From the NCBI GenBank assembly GCA_023266235.1, contig JAHFRL010000010.1, forward strand, positions 5,555 to 69,554: a stretch of DNA of 64,000 bases. Direction: 5' to 3'. Position numbers and translations under genes: made by a program. Below the pieces are notes generated by a model. The model did no database searches. It saw only the letters and a list, made by a program, of their open reading frames with translations, and was not told the origin of the DNA. Of the stretch, positions 48,603 to 57,934 are shown one piece after another (position 1 is the stretch's first letter; the number at the start of each line of letters is the position of its first letter). Source of the stretch: Betaproteobacteria bacterium. Lineage in GTDB: Bacteria; Pseudomonadota; Gammaproteobacteria; Burkholderiales; SG8-41.

Positions 48603-48830
48603 TGCTTTGTCCACCTCGACGTCGATCTGTATGCACCGACGCTGGCCAGCCTTGAATATTTTGTTCCGCGCCTGGTCGATGGCGGCGTCATCATCTGTGA
48701 CGATTACGGCGCTCCGCTGTTTCCCGGAGCGCACCGCGCCTGGGACAGATTCTGTGCGCGTCACGACCTGCCGTTTGTCGTCCTCGACACCGGCCAGTCG
48801 GTGATCCTGAAGCAGCCGCCGGCTGTCTAG
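48603..48830 (+). pseudogene. C-terminal remnant of a TylF/MycF-type SAM-dependent O-methyltransferase
   Basis: CFVHLDVDLYAPTLASLEYFVPRLVDGGVIICDDYGAPLFPGAHRAWDRF matches the C-terminal half of the family. The N-terminal ~140 aa, including the SAM-binding motif, are absent. Upstream codons of the track ORF overlap the metX leader. Confidence 0.6.
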
Positions 48831-50554
48831 GCGTTAAGCCTGGCCAGCATTGCGCGCAACTTGTCCGGATCACCGGCGCGCAGCATTTTACTCACCTGCG
48901 GCGCAATCTCGCGCAGGTTCGATTTCAGCACCTGCTGTTTGACTTCCAGCAGCCGTGCCGGGTGCATCGACAGCTGGCGCAGGCCGAAGCCCAGCAATAG
49001 CCGGGTGAGCGCGACGTCGCCAGCCATCTCGCCGCACAACGCGATCGGCTTGCCGGCCTTGTTGCAGGTCTTGATGATCTGCGCGACCAGGGTGAGCACG
49101 GCGGGATGCAACGGGTCGTAGAGGTGCGACACGGTGTCGTCGGTGCGGTCGATCGCGAGCGTGTACTGGATCAGGTCGTTGGTGCCGATCGACAGGAAAT
49201 CGAGCTTCTTGATGAAGGTATTGACCGCGAGCGCGGCGGCCGGGATTTCGATCATGCCGCCGACCTCGACGCCGCGGTCGTACGGAACGTACCTGTCTTC
49301 GAGGCCCTGCTTGGCCTGTGCGACGTAGTTGAGCACCTGATTGATTTCGGATGCGCTCATCAGCATCGGGATCAGGATTTTGAGATTACCGTAATGCGAG
49401 GCGCGCAGCATCGCGCGCAGCTGCACCAGGAACATCTGCGGTTCGGTCAGCGACAGCCGTATCGCGCGCAAGCCGAGCGCGGGATTGGTGCTTGAAATTT
49501 CATTACCGTTGATTTGCTTGTCGGCGCCGAGGTCGTACGTGCGGATCGTGACCGGCAGCCCGTCCATCTCGCGCACCACCTTGCGATAGGCCTCGAACTG
49601 CTCGTCTTCGTCGGGTAAATCGTCGCGGTTCAGAAACAGGAACTCGGTGCGGAACAGGCCGATGCCGGTGGCGCCGTTTTCCATGACTTCCTCGACGTCA
49701 TCGGGCAACTCGATGTTGGCTTGCAGATCGACCTCGATCCGGTCGAGCGTGGTCGCGCGCGTGTCGCGCAGCCGCTTCAATTTCTGCCGCTCGAGCTCCC
49801 ATTGGTGCTGACGCAGCTTGTATTCGGCGAGCGCCTGCGGATCGGGATCGACGATGATCATGCCGAGCGTGCCATCGACGATCAGCAGTTCGTTTTCGCG
49901 GATCAGCTGGCGCGCCTGGTGCAGCGCGACGATCGACGGGATGTTGAGGCTGCGTGCGACGATCGCGGTATGCGAGGTGGCGCCGCCGAGATCGGTGATG
50001 AAACTTGCGAACAGGTGCTCCTTGAACTGGATGACGTCGGCCGGCGACAGGTCGTGCGCCACCAGGATCAGGCTTTCCTCGCCGCCCATGGCCGGCGGCG
50101 GCGTGTAACCGGGCTGGCCGAGCAGCGCCTTCAGCAGACGCTCGACGACCTGGATCACATCGGCCTTGCGTTCGCGCAGGTAGCCGTCCTCGATCTGGTC
50201 GAACTGGTCGAGCAGGGCATCCGCTTGCACTTTGAGCGCCCATTCGGCGTTGCACTGCTCGGTTTCGATGATCTGGCGCGGCGCTTTCGACAGCGTCGCG
50301 TCATCGAGGATCATCAGGTGCAGGTTGAGGAAGGCCTCGATTTCCTGCGGCGCCGTGGGCGGGATCTGCTTGCGCAGCCCCTGGAGCTCGGCGCGCACGG
50401 TCTTCAGCGCGGCATCGAAGCGCGCCGATTCCTCGGCGATCTGGTATTGCGGTACTGCGTAATGCGCGACTTCGAGCCTGGCATGCGACAACAAATGCGC
50501 GTATCCGATGGCGATGCCACCGGACACCGGGATGCCGTGCATGGTGAAGCTCAT
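48827..50554 (-). CDS. ptsI: Phosphoenolpyruvate-protein phosphotransferase (PTS enzyme I)
   Basis: GGATSHTAIVARSL (active-site His), IGTNDLIQYTLA, CGEMAG. Confidence 0.9.
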   Translation of the reverse strand: MSFTMHGIPVSGGIAIGYAHLLSHARLEVAHYAVPQYQIAEESARFDAALKTVRAELQGLRKQIPPTAPQEIEAFLNLHLMILDDATLSKAPRQIIETEQCNAEWALKVQADALLDQFDQIEDGYLRERKADVIQVVERLLKALLGQPGYTPPPAMGGEESLILVAHDLSPADVIQFKEHLFASFITDLGGATSHTAIVARSLNIPSIVALHQARQLIRENELLIVDGTLGMIIVDPDPQALAEYKLRQHQWELERQKLKRLRDTRATTLDRIEVDLQANIELPDDVEEVMENGATGIGLFRTEFLFLNRDDLPDEDEQFEAYRKVVREMDGLPVTIRTYDLGADKQINGNEISSTNPALGLRAIRLSLTEPQMFLVQLRAMLRASHYGNLKILIPMLMSASEINQVLNYVAQAKQGLEDRYVPYDRGVEVGGMIEIPAAALAVNTFIKKLDFLSIGTNDLIQYTLAIDRTDDTVSHLYDPLHPAVLTLVAQIIKTCNKAGKPIALCGEMAGDVALTRLLLGFGLRQLSMHPARLLEVKQQVLKSNLREIAPQVSKMLRAGDPDKLRAMLARLNA

Positions 50555-50655
50555 GATCGATACAGGATCGAGGTATCAGGATTGAGGATTGAGCCGAGAG
50601 AACGTGAGGACACAAAACTCAATCCTCGATCCTCGATCCTCAATCCTAAATCCTG
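50555..50655 (-). repeat. Inverted heptamer-repeat hairpin (GGATTGA/GGATCGA units) between HPr and ptsI
   Basis: The plus-strand arms are gatcgatacaggatcgaggtatcaggattgaggattgag and tcaatcctcgatcctcgatcctcaatcctaaatcctg. Confidence 0.9.
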
Positions 50656-50657
50656 CT

Positions 50658-50927
50658 TTACCCGCCTTCTTCGAAGTAATTGGCGATGAGCCCGGTCAGC
50701 GCCTGCATCGCCGCTTCCTCGTCGGGACCGTCGGTCTCGATATTGATGGTGGTGCCTTTCGCTGCGGCCAGCATCATCACGCCCATGATGCTCTTGGCGT
50801 TGACGCGTTTGCCGATACGGGTGAGCCAGATATTGCTCTTGAATCGTCCGGCCAGCTGGGTCAGTTTGGCCGCCGCTCGCGCATGCAGGCCAAGCTTGTT
50901 GATGATCTCAGCTTCCCGTTGCAGCAT
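50658..50927 (-). CDS. ptsH: Phosphocarrier protein HPr
   Basis: INKLGLHARAAAKL (His15 context), AKSIMGVMML (Ser46 context). Confidence 0.85.
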   Translation of the reverse strand: MLQREAEIINKLGLHARAAAKLTQLAGRFKSNIWLTRIGKRVNAKSIMGVMMLAAAKGTTINIETDGPDEEAAMQALTGLIANYFEEGG

Positions 50928-51324
50928 TATGCAGTTTGAGCGTCGGTACCCGCATTACGCCTTCACAGCCCCCGCTGATGGCCTTGGTCACGATCGTCTG
51001 CAAATCGCGGTCGCGGTAGGTCAGCACGCGGATCAACATCGGCAGGCTGACGCCGGCCACCGCTTCGATTTTTCCCGGTGCTACCAGCTTGGCCGCCAGG
51101 TTGCTCGGCGTGCCGCCGTAGATGTCGGTCAGAATCAGCACGCCGTCACCGGCGTCGAGTTCCGTGATCAGGGTACGCGCCTGCGGCAGCAGCAACGCCG
51201 GATCGTCCTGGGCGGTGACGCCGAGCTGCTGAAGCCGCGGCGGCCGTTTGTTGAGCACATGGCTCGCGCAATGAATCAGGCTTTCGCCGAGTGTACCGTG
51301 GGTGATGATCAGTATGCTTATCAT
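50908..51324 (-). CDS. PTS EIIA component, mannose/fructose family
   Basis: ISILIITHGTLGESL (phospho-His), ILTDIYGGTPSN. Confidence 0.8.
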   Translation of the reverse strand: MISILIITHGTLGESLIHCASHVLNKRPPRLQQLGVTAQDDPALLLPQARTLITELDAGDGVLILTDIYGGTPSNLAAKLVAPGKIEAVAGVSLPMLIRVLTYRDRDLQTIVTKAISGGCEGVMRVPTLKLHNAATGS

Positions 51325-51456
51325 GCCAAAACGCCTCGTCCGGATCCGGAACCCCGATTATTCTACCTAATTGCCGCGCACAATGCGGGGTGTCAACGTG
51401 GAAGTGCTTGAATTGGCGACGCGAATCCGGATCACCCGAAGACCGTGACGACGTGT

Positions 51457-52404
51457 TCAGCGGCGGGCGATCGCGTGTTCCAGCGCATCGAGCAGCATGC
51501 CGGCGACGTTGAATCCGGTCTGTTCGCTGATTTCCTGAAAACACGTCGGGCTGGTGACGTTGACTTCGGTCAGGTAGTCGCCGATCACATCGAGCCCGAC
51601 CAGCAGCAATCCCTGCGCATGGAGCTGCGGGGCGAGCGTTTCCGCAATCTCGCGGTCGCGCGGCGTAAGTTCGCGCGCGATCCCGGTGCCACCCGCGGCA
51701 AGGTTGGCGCGCGTCTCACCCGGCTTCGCGATGCGCGCAAGCGAGTACGGGACCGGCTTGCCGCCGATCAGAAGCACGCGCTTGTCGCCGTCGGCGATGG
51801 CGGGAATGAAGCGCTGCGCCATCACCATGCGCCGCCCGTAATGCGTGACGGTTTCGATGATTACGTTGAGATTCGGGTCTTTGCCGTGGACCCGGAAAAC
51901 CGAGGCGCCGCCCATGCCGTCGAGCGGTTTCAGGATGATGTCGCCGTGCACGGCGAGAAATTCACGGATCAGCCCGGCCTGGCGCGTGACCAGCATCGGC
52001 GCGGTGAACTGCGGAAAGCGCGCGATCGTCATTTTCTCGTTACAGTCGCGGATCGCGCGCGGATCGTTGAAAACACGCGCGCCCTGATCCTGGGCGAGCT
52101 CGAGCAGATAGGTGCTGTAGACATACTCCATGTCGAACGGCGGGTCCTTGCGCATCAGCACCGCATCGAAATCCTTGAGCGGCATGGCGTGTGGCGCCTC
52201 GACGCGATACCACGCTTCCTTTTCGCCGGTCAGGTGCAGGCGCTGCGCATGGCCGGTGACGACGCCGTCGTGCCAGACGAGGTCTGCCTGCTGCAGGACG
52301 TGGAGTTCATGCTGGCGCGCGGCGGCCTCGCGCATCATCGCGTAGGTCGAGTCCTTGTAAATCTTGAAATCGTCGAGCGGGTCGACGACAAAAGCAATCT
52401 TCAT
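51457..52404 (-). CDS. gshB: Glutathione synthetase
   Basis: MKIAFVVDPLDDFKIYKDSTYAMM, ILKPLDGMGG, GDKRVLLIGG, NLAAGG. Start moved to ATG 52404. Confidence 0.9.
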   Translation of the reverse strand: MKIAFVVDPLDDFKIYKDSTYAMMREAAARQHELHVLQQADLVWHDGVVTGHAQRLHLTGEKEAWYRVEAPHAMPLKDFDAVLMRKDPPFDMEYVYSTYLLELAQDQGARVFNDPRAIRDCNEKMTIARFPQFTAPMLVTRQAGLIREFLAVHGDIILKPLDGMGGASVFRVHGKDPNLNVIIETVTHYGRRMVMAQRFIPAIADGDKRVLLIGGKPVPYSLARIAKPGETRANLAAGGTGIARELTPRDREIAETLAPQLHAQGLLLVGLDVIGDYLTEVNVTSPTCFQEISEQTGFNVAGMLLDALEHAIARR

Positions 52405-52423
52405 GGCTGACAATGACGCGGGA

Positions 52424-53746
52424 TCATTGCGGCGCAGCGTGTGACCGGGCGACGGGATTTTCTTCCGCAAGCGCCGGGTCCGTCTGCTCGATCTCGATCG
52501 CGGCGGCGACCAGCGCGAGCCGCGCAATCACGCCATAAGCATAAAAGCGGTTCGGCGGCGCGCCCGGATCGTCCGGGTTGGGCGAATAGCACGGTTTTTC
52601 GAACGCGAGCGGCACGAATTGCATGCCCGGCGCGTTCAGGTTCTGGTCCTGACCGCGGCTCGCGTGCACGCGGTAGAAGCCGCCCACCACGAAGTGGTCG
52701 ATCATGTAGACCACCGGCTCGGCCACGGCGTTGTTGACCAGCTCAAAACTGTAAACGCCTTCCTGCACCAGCACTTCCTGCACTTCGAGGCCTTCCTTCA
52801 CCATCGCCATTTTGTTGCGCTGTTTGCGGGTGAGGGCGCGCACCTCGGCGGGATCCTTTACCGTCATGATGCCCATGCCGTAAGTGCCGGCGTCGGCTTT
52901 CACGATCACGAACGGTTCATGCGTGATGCTGTATTCCTTGTACTTGGCGCGGATGTCGGTGAGAATTTCCGCCACGTATTTTTCGAGGCACTCCTCGCCT
53001 TTGCGTTCGTGGAAATTGATTTTGCCGCATCTCTCGAAATAGGGATTGATCGCCCAGGGGTCGACGCCGATCAGCTTGGCGAACTCGGTGGCGACATCCT
53101 GATAGACCGCGAAGTGGTTCGATTTGCGACGCGTGAACCAGCCGGCGTGCAGCGGCGGCAGCACCGCCTGTTCGAGATTCCGCAGGATTTCAGGCAGGCC
53201 TGCCGACAAGTCGTTGTTGAGCAGGACCACGCAGGGGTCGAAACCGTCGACGCCGATGCGATTGCCCTTGCGCTCGAGTGGCTCGAGCCGGAGCTTGCCG
53301 CCGCCCGGCAGCTCGATATCCGCCGGCGCGGTGAGGTCCGACAGCAGGCTGCCGATGCGCACGATCATGCCGGCATGGCGCAGTATCGATTGCAGCGCGA
53401 CCACGTTCTGCAGGTAGAACGTATTGCGCGTGTGATTTTCCGGGATCAGCAGCACGCCGCGGGCGTCGGGACAGATTTTCTCGACTACCGACATCGTTGC
53501 CTGGACGCACAGCGCATCGAATTCCGGATTGAGATTGTTGAACCCGCCCGGGTACAGGTTGGTGTCGACCGGCGCGAGCTTGAAGCCGCTGTTGCGCAGG
53601 TCCACCGACGCATAGAACGGCGTCGCATGCTCCTGCCATTGGCTGCGCAGCCAATGCTCGATTTCCGGCATCGCCTTGACGATCTGGCGTTCGAGATCGG
53701 GCAGCGGGCCGGTCAGGGCGGTGGTGAGATGCGGGACGGCGCTCAT
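52424..53746 (-). CDS. gshA: Glutamate-cysteine ligase (proteobacterial GshA, TIGR02049-like type)
   Basis: About 440 aa with FYASVDLRNSGFKLAPVDTNLYPGGFNNL and VIVKADAGTYGMGIM, adjacent to gshB. Confidence 0.75.
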   Translation of the reverse strand: MSAVPHLTTALTGPLPDLERQIVKAMPEIEHWLRSQWQEHATPFYASVDLRNSGFKLAPVDTNLYPGGFNNLNPEFDALCVQATMSVVEKICPDARGVLLIPENHTRNTFYLQNVVALQSILRHAGMIVRIGSLLSDLTAPADIELPGGGKLRLEPLERKGNRIGVDGFDPCVVLLNNDLSAGLPEILRNLEQAVLPPLHAGWFTRRKSNHFAVYQDVATEFAKLIGVDPWAINPYFERCGKINFHERKGEECLEKYVAEILTDIRAKYKEYSITHEPFVIVKADAGTYGMGIMTVKDPAEVRALTRKQRNKMAMVKEGLEVQEVLVQEGVYSFELVNNAVAEPVVYMIDHFVVGGFYRVHASRGQDQNLNAPGMQFVPLAFEKPCYSPNPDDPGAPPNRFYAYGVIARLALVAAAIEIEQTDPALAEENPVARSHAAPQ

Positions 53747-53925
53747 AACGGTCTGTAATTAAGCCGGGCAGGTATTGTAGCAAACCCGATTGTCCCGTCC
53801 CCATACGATCGCGCCATCAGGCGACCGGTGTTCCACGCACGGTTATGCCGTAGCGCGCGGGTCGCGACCTGCGGTATCCTGCACAGGCCGGACGGTGATG
53901 GTCTGCGGCAACCCCCAGGAACCCG

Positions 53926-54402
53926 GTGCTGATGAGCTTCAAAATTGAACCGGCGCAGCGCGCCGACATCCCGCGGCTGGTCGATTTGCTGAACGACCTG
54001 TTCGGCGTCGAGCTCGACTTCACTGCGGATGCCTCGCACCAGGCGCGCGGGCTCGAGCTGTTGATCGCTGAGGCCGCGAAAAGCGACCGGTTGACGGTGG
54101 TGGTGGCGCGCGACGACCAGGGGCAGGCGATTGGCGTGGCGAGCGCGCAGCTCGTGATATCGACCGCCGAGGGCGCGCCCTCGGCCTGGATCGAGGACGT
54201 GGTGGTGCATTCCGATTTCCGCCGTCGGGGTATCGGCAAGTTGCTGCTCGGGCATCTGCTCGAATGGGCGGGTGAGCGCGGCGCGACGCGTGCACAACTG
54301 CTGACCGATACCAAGAACGAAGGCGCCGAGCTGTTCTACAACGGGCTGGGCTGGCAGACCACCCGGCTCGTCGTGCGGCGCATCTTTCTGAGCGTGCAAT
54401 AA
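53926..54402 (+). CDS. GNAT family N-acetyltransferase
   Basis: VHSDFRRRGIGKLLLGHL, NEGAELFYNGLGW. Confidence 0.8.
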   Translation: MLMSFKIEPAQRADIPRLVDLLNDLFGVELDFTADASHQARGLELLIAEAAKSDRLTVVVARDDQGQAIGVASAQLVISTAEGAPSAWIEDVVVHSDFRRRGIGKLLLGHLLEWAGERGATRAQLLTDTKNEGAELFYNGLGWQTTRLVVRRIFLSVQ

Positions 54403-54426
54403 AAAAGGGGCGCAAGCTGCGCCCCT
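54401..54426 (-). terminator. Rho-independent terminator of amtB (minus strand)
   Basis: The minus strand reads GGGGCGCA-GCU-UGCGCCCC followed by UUUUUU. It lies 27 nt after the amtB stop. Confidence 0.75.
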
Positions 54427-54452
54427 GGTGAAATGTGATGGTTGCGTGGGTG

Positions 54453-55865
54453 TTAAACGACGCTTTCTCCGTGCAGCGAGACGTCCAACCCCTCGCGTTC
54501 CTCTTCTTCAGTCACGCGCAAGCCGATCGTGATATCGATTGCCTTGAGAATGATCAGTGACACGACACCACTGTAAATCAGCGTTGTCAGCACCGCATAC
54601 ACTTGCACCATAAAGTTGGCATCTACGCCGCTGATATCCTTGACGTTGAGTACGCCGACCAGCAACGCGCCGACGATACCGCCGATGCAGTGCACCCCGA
54701 ACGCGTCCAGGGAATCGTCGTAGCCGAACATCTTTTTCACCGAGGTCGCGGCCCAGAAGCACAACACACCCGCGGCGATACCGATGATCAGCGCACCGGT
54801 CGGGTCAACGAAACCGGATGCCGGCGTGATCGCCACCAGACCCGCCACAGCGCCGGACGCAATGCCCAGCACGGAGGGTTTCCCTTTGGCGAGCCATTCG
54901 GCAAACATCCAGGTCAGAGCGGCAGCTGCAGTCGCGAACTGGGTGACCGTCATGGCCAGGCCCGCACGACCGTCGGCGGCGACTGCCGATCCCGCATTGA
55001 AGCCGAACCAGCCCACCCACAGCAATGAGGCACCGATGATCGTCAGCGTCAGGTTATGCGGCGCCATTGCTTCTTTGCCATAGCCGACCCGTTTGCCCAG
55101 CACCAGCGCGCACATCAATCCGGCAATACCCGCGTTGATATGAACCACGGTGCCGCCCGCGAAATCGAGCACACCCATGGCCGCAAACTTGCCGGCCGGC
55201 TCCCACATGATGTGGGCGATCGGCGAGTAGACCAGCACCGACCACAGCCCCATGAACCACAGCATTGCCGAGAACTTCATGCGATCCGCAAACGCGCCCG
55301 CAATCAGCGCCGGAGTGATGATCGCGAAGGTCATCTGGAACATCATATAGACCGATTCAGGTATGGTCGTGGCTGCATGGTGCACCGACACTTTGCCGGC
55401 TTCCTTCATGAAGGACATGCCGTTCAGGAAAAGCCGGTCCATGCTGCCGATGTACTCGGATCCCGGCATGAAGGCGAGACTGTAGCCGATGACGCACCAC
55501 ACAACGGTTACCACGCAGGTGATCGCGAAGCTTTGCATCACCGTGGCCAGCACGTTTTTCTTGCGTACCATACCGCCGTAGAACAACGCAAGCCCGGGGA
55601 TCGTCATCAACAGGACCAGAGCCGTCGATGCCAGCATCCAGGCGGTATCCCCGGAATTGATCTTCGCGACGTCGATCAACTCGGGCTTGGTCGGTGCGGC
55701 CGGCGCCGGTGCGGCGGCAGGCGCCGCGTCTTTCTTCTCGTCGGCCTTCGCCGCAGGCGCTTCGGTGGCGGGTTTATCCGCCGGCTTGTCCTGCGCGATG
55801 ACGGGCGCCGCAACTCCGAAGCTGAATGCGCTGATCAGCGCGAGTATGGTTAATATGCGTTTCAT
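54453..55865 (-). CDS. amtB: Ammonium transporter AmtB
   Basis: A signal peptide, then GDTAWMLASTALVLLMTIPGLALFYGG, DFAGGTVVHINAG and DDSLDAFGVHCIGGIVG. Confidence 0.9.
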   Translation of the reverse strand: MKRILTILALISAFSFGVAAPVIAQDKPADKPATEAPAAKADEKKDAAPAAAPAPAAPTKPELIDVAKINSGDTAWMLASTALVLLMTIPGLALFYGGMVRKKNVLATVMQSFAITCVVTVVWCVIGYSLAFMPGSEYIGSMDRLFLNGMSFMKEAGKVSVHHAATTIPESVYMMFQMTFAIITPALIAGAFADRMKFSAMLWFMGLWSVLVYSPIAHIMWEPAGKFAAMGVLDFAGGTVVHINAGIAGLMCALVLGKRVGYGKEAMAPHNLTLTIIGASLLWVGWFGFNAGSAVAADGRAGLAMTVTQFATAAAALTWMFAEWLAKGKPSVLGIASGAVAGLVAITPASGFVDPTGALIIGIAAGVLCFWAATSVKKMFGYDDSLDAFGVHCIGGIVGALLVGVLNVKDISGVDANFMVQVYAVLTTLIYSGVVSLIILKAIDITIGLRVTEEEEREGLDVSLHGESVV

Positions 55866-55876
55866 GTAATTCTCCC

Positions 55877-56266
<390 letters not shown>

Positions 56267-57244
56267 TTAAAAGGTTTTCTGGATAAAGACCGTGCCGGTG
56301 CTCTTGGCGATGTCGTGCGGGTACGGCCCGAATGAACCAGCCACCGGATCGTTGACGCCGCCATAGCCGAGCTTGTTGTAGCTGAACCCTTTCGACCAGA
56401 ACGCGCCGACCGTGAAGTCTTTCGGCAACGCGTAGCTCAATCCGATTTTTGCGTCCTTATACGAAAAGAGCGCATCGTTGCTCTGCACCACGCCACCGAC
56501 AGAGGCATTCTGCGGACTGGTGCCCGTGTACTTTTGGTAGCCAACGTGCAGGTTTAGGGTGAGTCCGTCCAACCCTTTGCTCATTTCCCCCAACGGAACG
56601 TTGGCGCTAAGATCAAGATACCCGGTCCCCCTGCTGTTGAGGACACCGAAGATGTGATCAAGCACACTGTAGGAGTACTTGAGGGTGATCCATTTCCAGC
56701 TTCCGGCCGCATAGATTTCCCAAGTATCGAGCTTGGCTAAGCTGGGCAAATTCGCCGCCGCCGCCGCCGCATTGATGAACTGATTAGTGTTTCCCGGATA
56801 CCAGTAATACAGCGTGCCGAGGTCGACGGTGAAATCGTTGGGTAGGTTCCATTTATAACCGCCGTAGAAATCCCACTCCAGGCTGCCTCCCGATTCATAG
56901 CTTCCCTGGATTACATTCGGAAGTGCAGGGCCGAATGGTTGGTGCAGCGAGAAATTTTCTTTGGGCCAACTAATATTGGAAGCCCAGGTGCCGAGATAGA
57001 AGCCCGATTCGTGCGCCCAGTCGAAGCCCCCTTGCGCTGCCGGCTTGGCGTCGGTCTGCGATAATCCACGGAATATGTACTGGCTGAAGAATCCGAAATT
57101 ACCGGTCAAGGTGTAGGGGGGTTTCGGTTCTGCCGGCTTGGCATCCGCTGATTTGGCGTCCGCAGGTGCGGCTTGGGCGAATACAACCCCCGGCAGGCCG
57201 ATCACTGCAGCGACCGCTCCCGCCATGAATGTTTTTTTGAGCAT
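56267..57244 (-). CDS. Outer-membrane porin, TorF / TIGR02001 (Gcw_chp) family
   Basis: A signal peptide, then TGNFGFFSQYIFRGLSQTD..PAAQGGFDWAHESGFYLGTWASNI and a terminal ...IQKTF. Start moved to ATG 57244. Confidence 0.75.
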   Translation of the reverse strand: MLKKTFMAGAVAAVIGLPGVVFAQAAPADAKSADAKPAEPKPPYTLTGNFGFFSQYIFRGLSQTDAKPAAQGGFDWAHESGFYLGTWASNISWPKENFSLHQPFGPALPNVIQGSYESGGSLEWDFYGGYKWNLPNDFTVDLGTLYYWYPGNTNQFINAAAAAANLPSLAKLDTWEIYAAGSWKWITLKYSYSVLDHIFGVLNSRGTGYLDLSANVPLGEMSKGLDGLTLNLHVGYQKYTGTSPQNASVGGVVQSNDALFSYKDAKIGLSYALPKDFTVGAFWSKGFSYNKLGYGGVNDPVAGSFGPYPHDIAKSTGTVFIQKTF

Positions 57245-57294
57245 GATTCTCCCTTTCATGTGTTAACAAATGTCTAGCACTACGCGGTGGTATC

Positions 57295-57310
57295 AGCACA
57301 TACTGTGCCA
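57295..57310 (-). promoter_or_regulatory. Sigma54 (-24/-12) promoter candidate for porin-glnK-amtB
   Basis: The minus strand reads TGGCACagtatgTGCT, with correct GG-N10-GC spacing, about 50 nt upstream of the porin ATG. Confidence 0.55.
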
Positions 57311-57404
57311 GTGCATAACATATTGATGTAAAAAACATAAATCGTTGGCATCTGCAATCGCATGCTATTTTGATGCACCGAAATGAAGCGTACAGCCAAA
57401 CTCT

Positions 57405-57422
57405 TGCACCAAGATCGTGCCA
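57405..57422. promoter_or_regulatory. NtrC-like enhancer site candidate
   Basis: TGCACCaagatCGTGCCA resembles TGCACC-N5-GGTGCA. It lies about 100 nt upstream of the sigma54 element. Confidence 0.35.
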
Positions 57423-57547
57423 AGCAGCGCTTACGCGGTTGGAAGCATTGGCCGATAGGAAATTGTGTCTTTTTTGAAACTGATGAAACTTGATCGAAGC
57501 AACAGCGTGATAAATTTGATACAGAACGCGAAGTCACGGAGTCACTG

Positions 57548-57787
57548 ATGGCCAATCAACAATTGCTCGATGAATTAAGCGCCAAGCTCAAAGAGGTGTT
57601 CGCCAACAGCCCGGCGCGCGATATCGAAAAAAACCTGCGCGCAATGCTGGCGGCGACATTCGCCCGCCTCGATCTGGTCACGCGCCAGGAATTCGAGATC
57701 CAGAGCGACGTGCTCGCGCGCACGCGTGAAAAGCTCGTACAGCTCGAAGCGAAGCTCGCCGAGCTGGAAAAAAAGCGTGAGACGTAA
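57548..57787 (+). CDS. ubiK: UbiK/YqiC (BMFP) family accessory factor
   Basis: A 79-aa coiled-coil protein with LDLVTRQEFEIQSDVLARTREKLVQLEAKLAELE. Confidence 0.6.
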   Translation: MANQQLLDELSAKLKEVFANSPARDIEKNLRAMLAATFARLDLVTRQEFEIQSDVLARTREKLVQLEAKLAELEKKRET

Positions 57788-57816
57788 GGCGGGAGGCGAG
57801 AAGCGAGAGGCGAAGG
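57786..57816 (+). repeat. Tandem heptamer-type repeat (GGAGGCG/AGAAGCG/AGAGGCG) starting on the ubiK TAA
   Basis: aaggcgggaggcgagaagcgagaggcgaagg. Confidence 0.8.
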
Positions 57817-57934
57817 AACTCCTGCCTGCATGGCGGCGGCAACTATGACTTAAGGCTTAGGCGCGGCACACGTCTCGTGCGTTGATCCCTTATCTGATTC
57901 TTGGACCCCGAATCCTGAATCCCGAGGGAACTCG

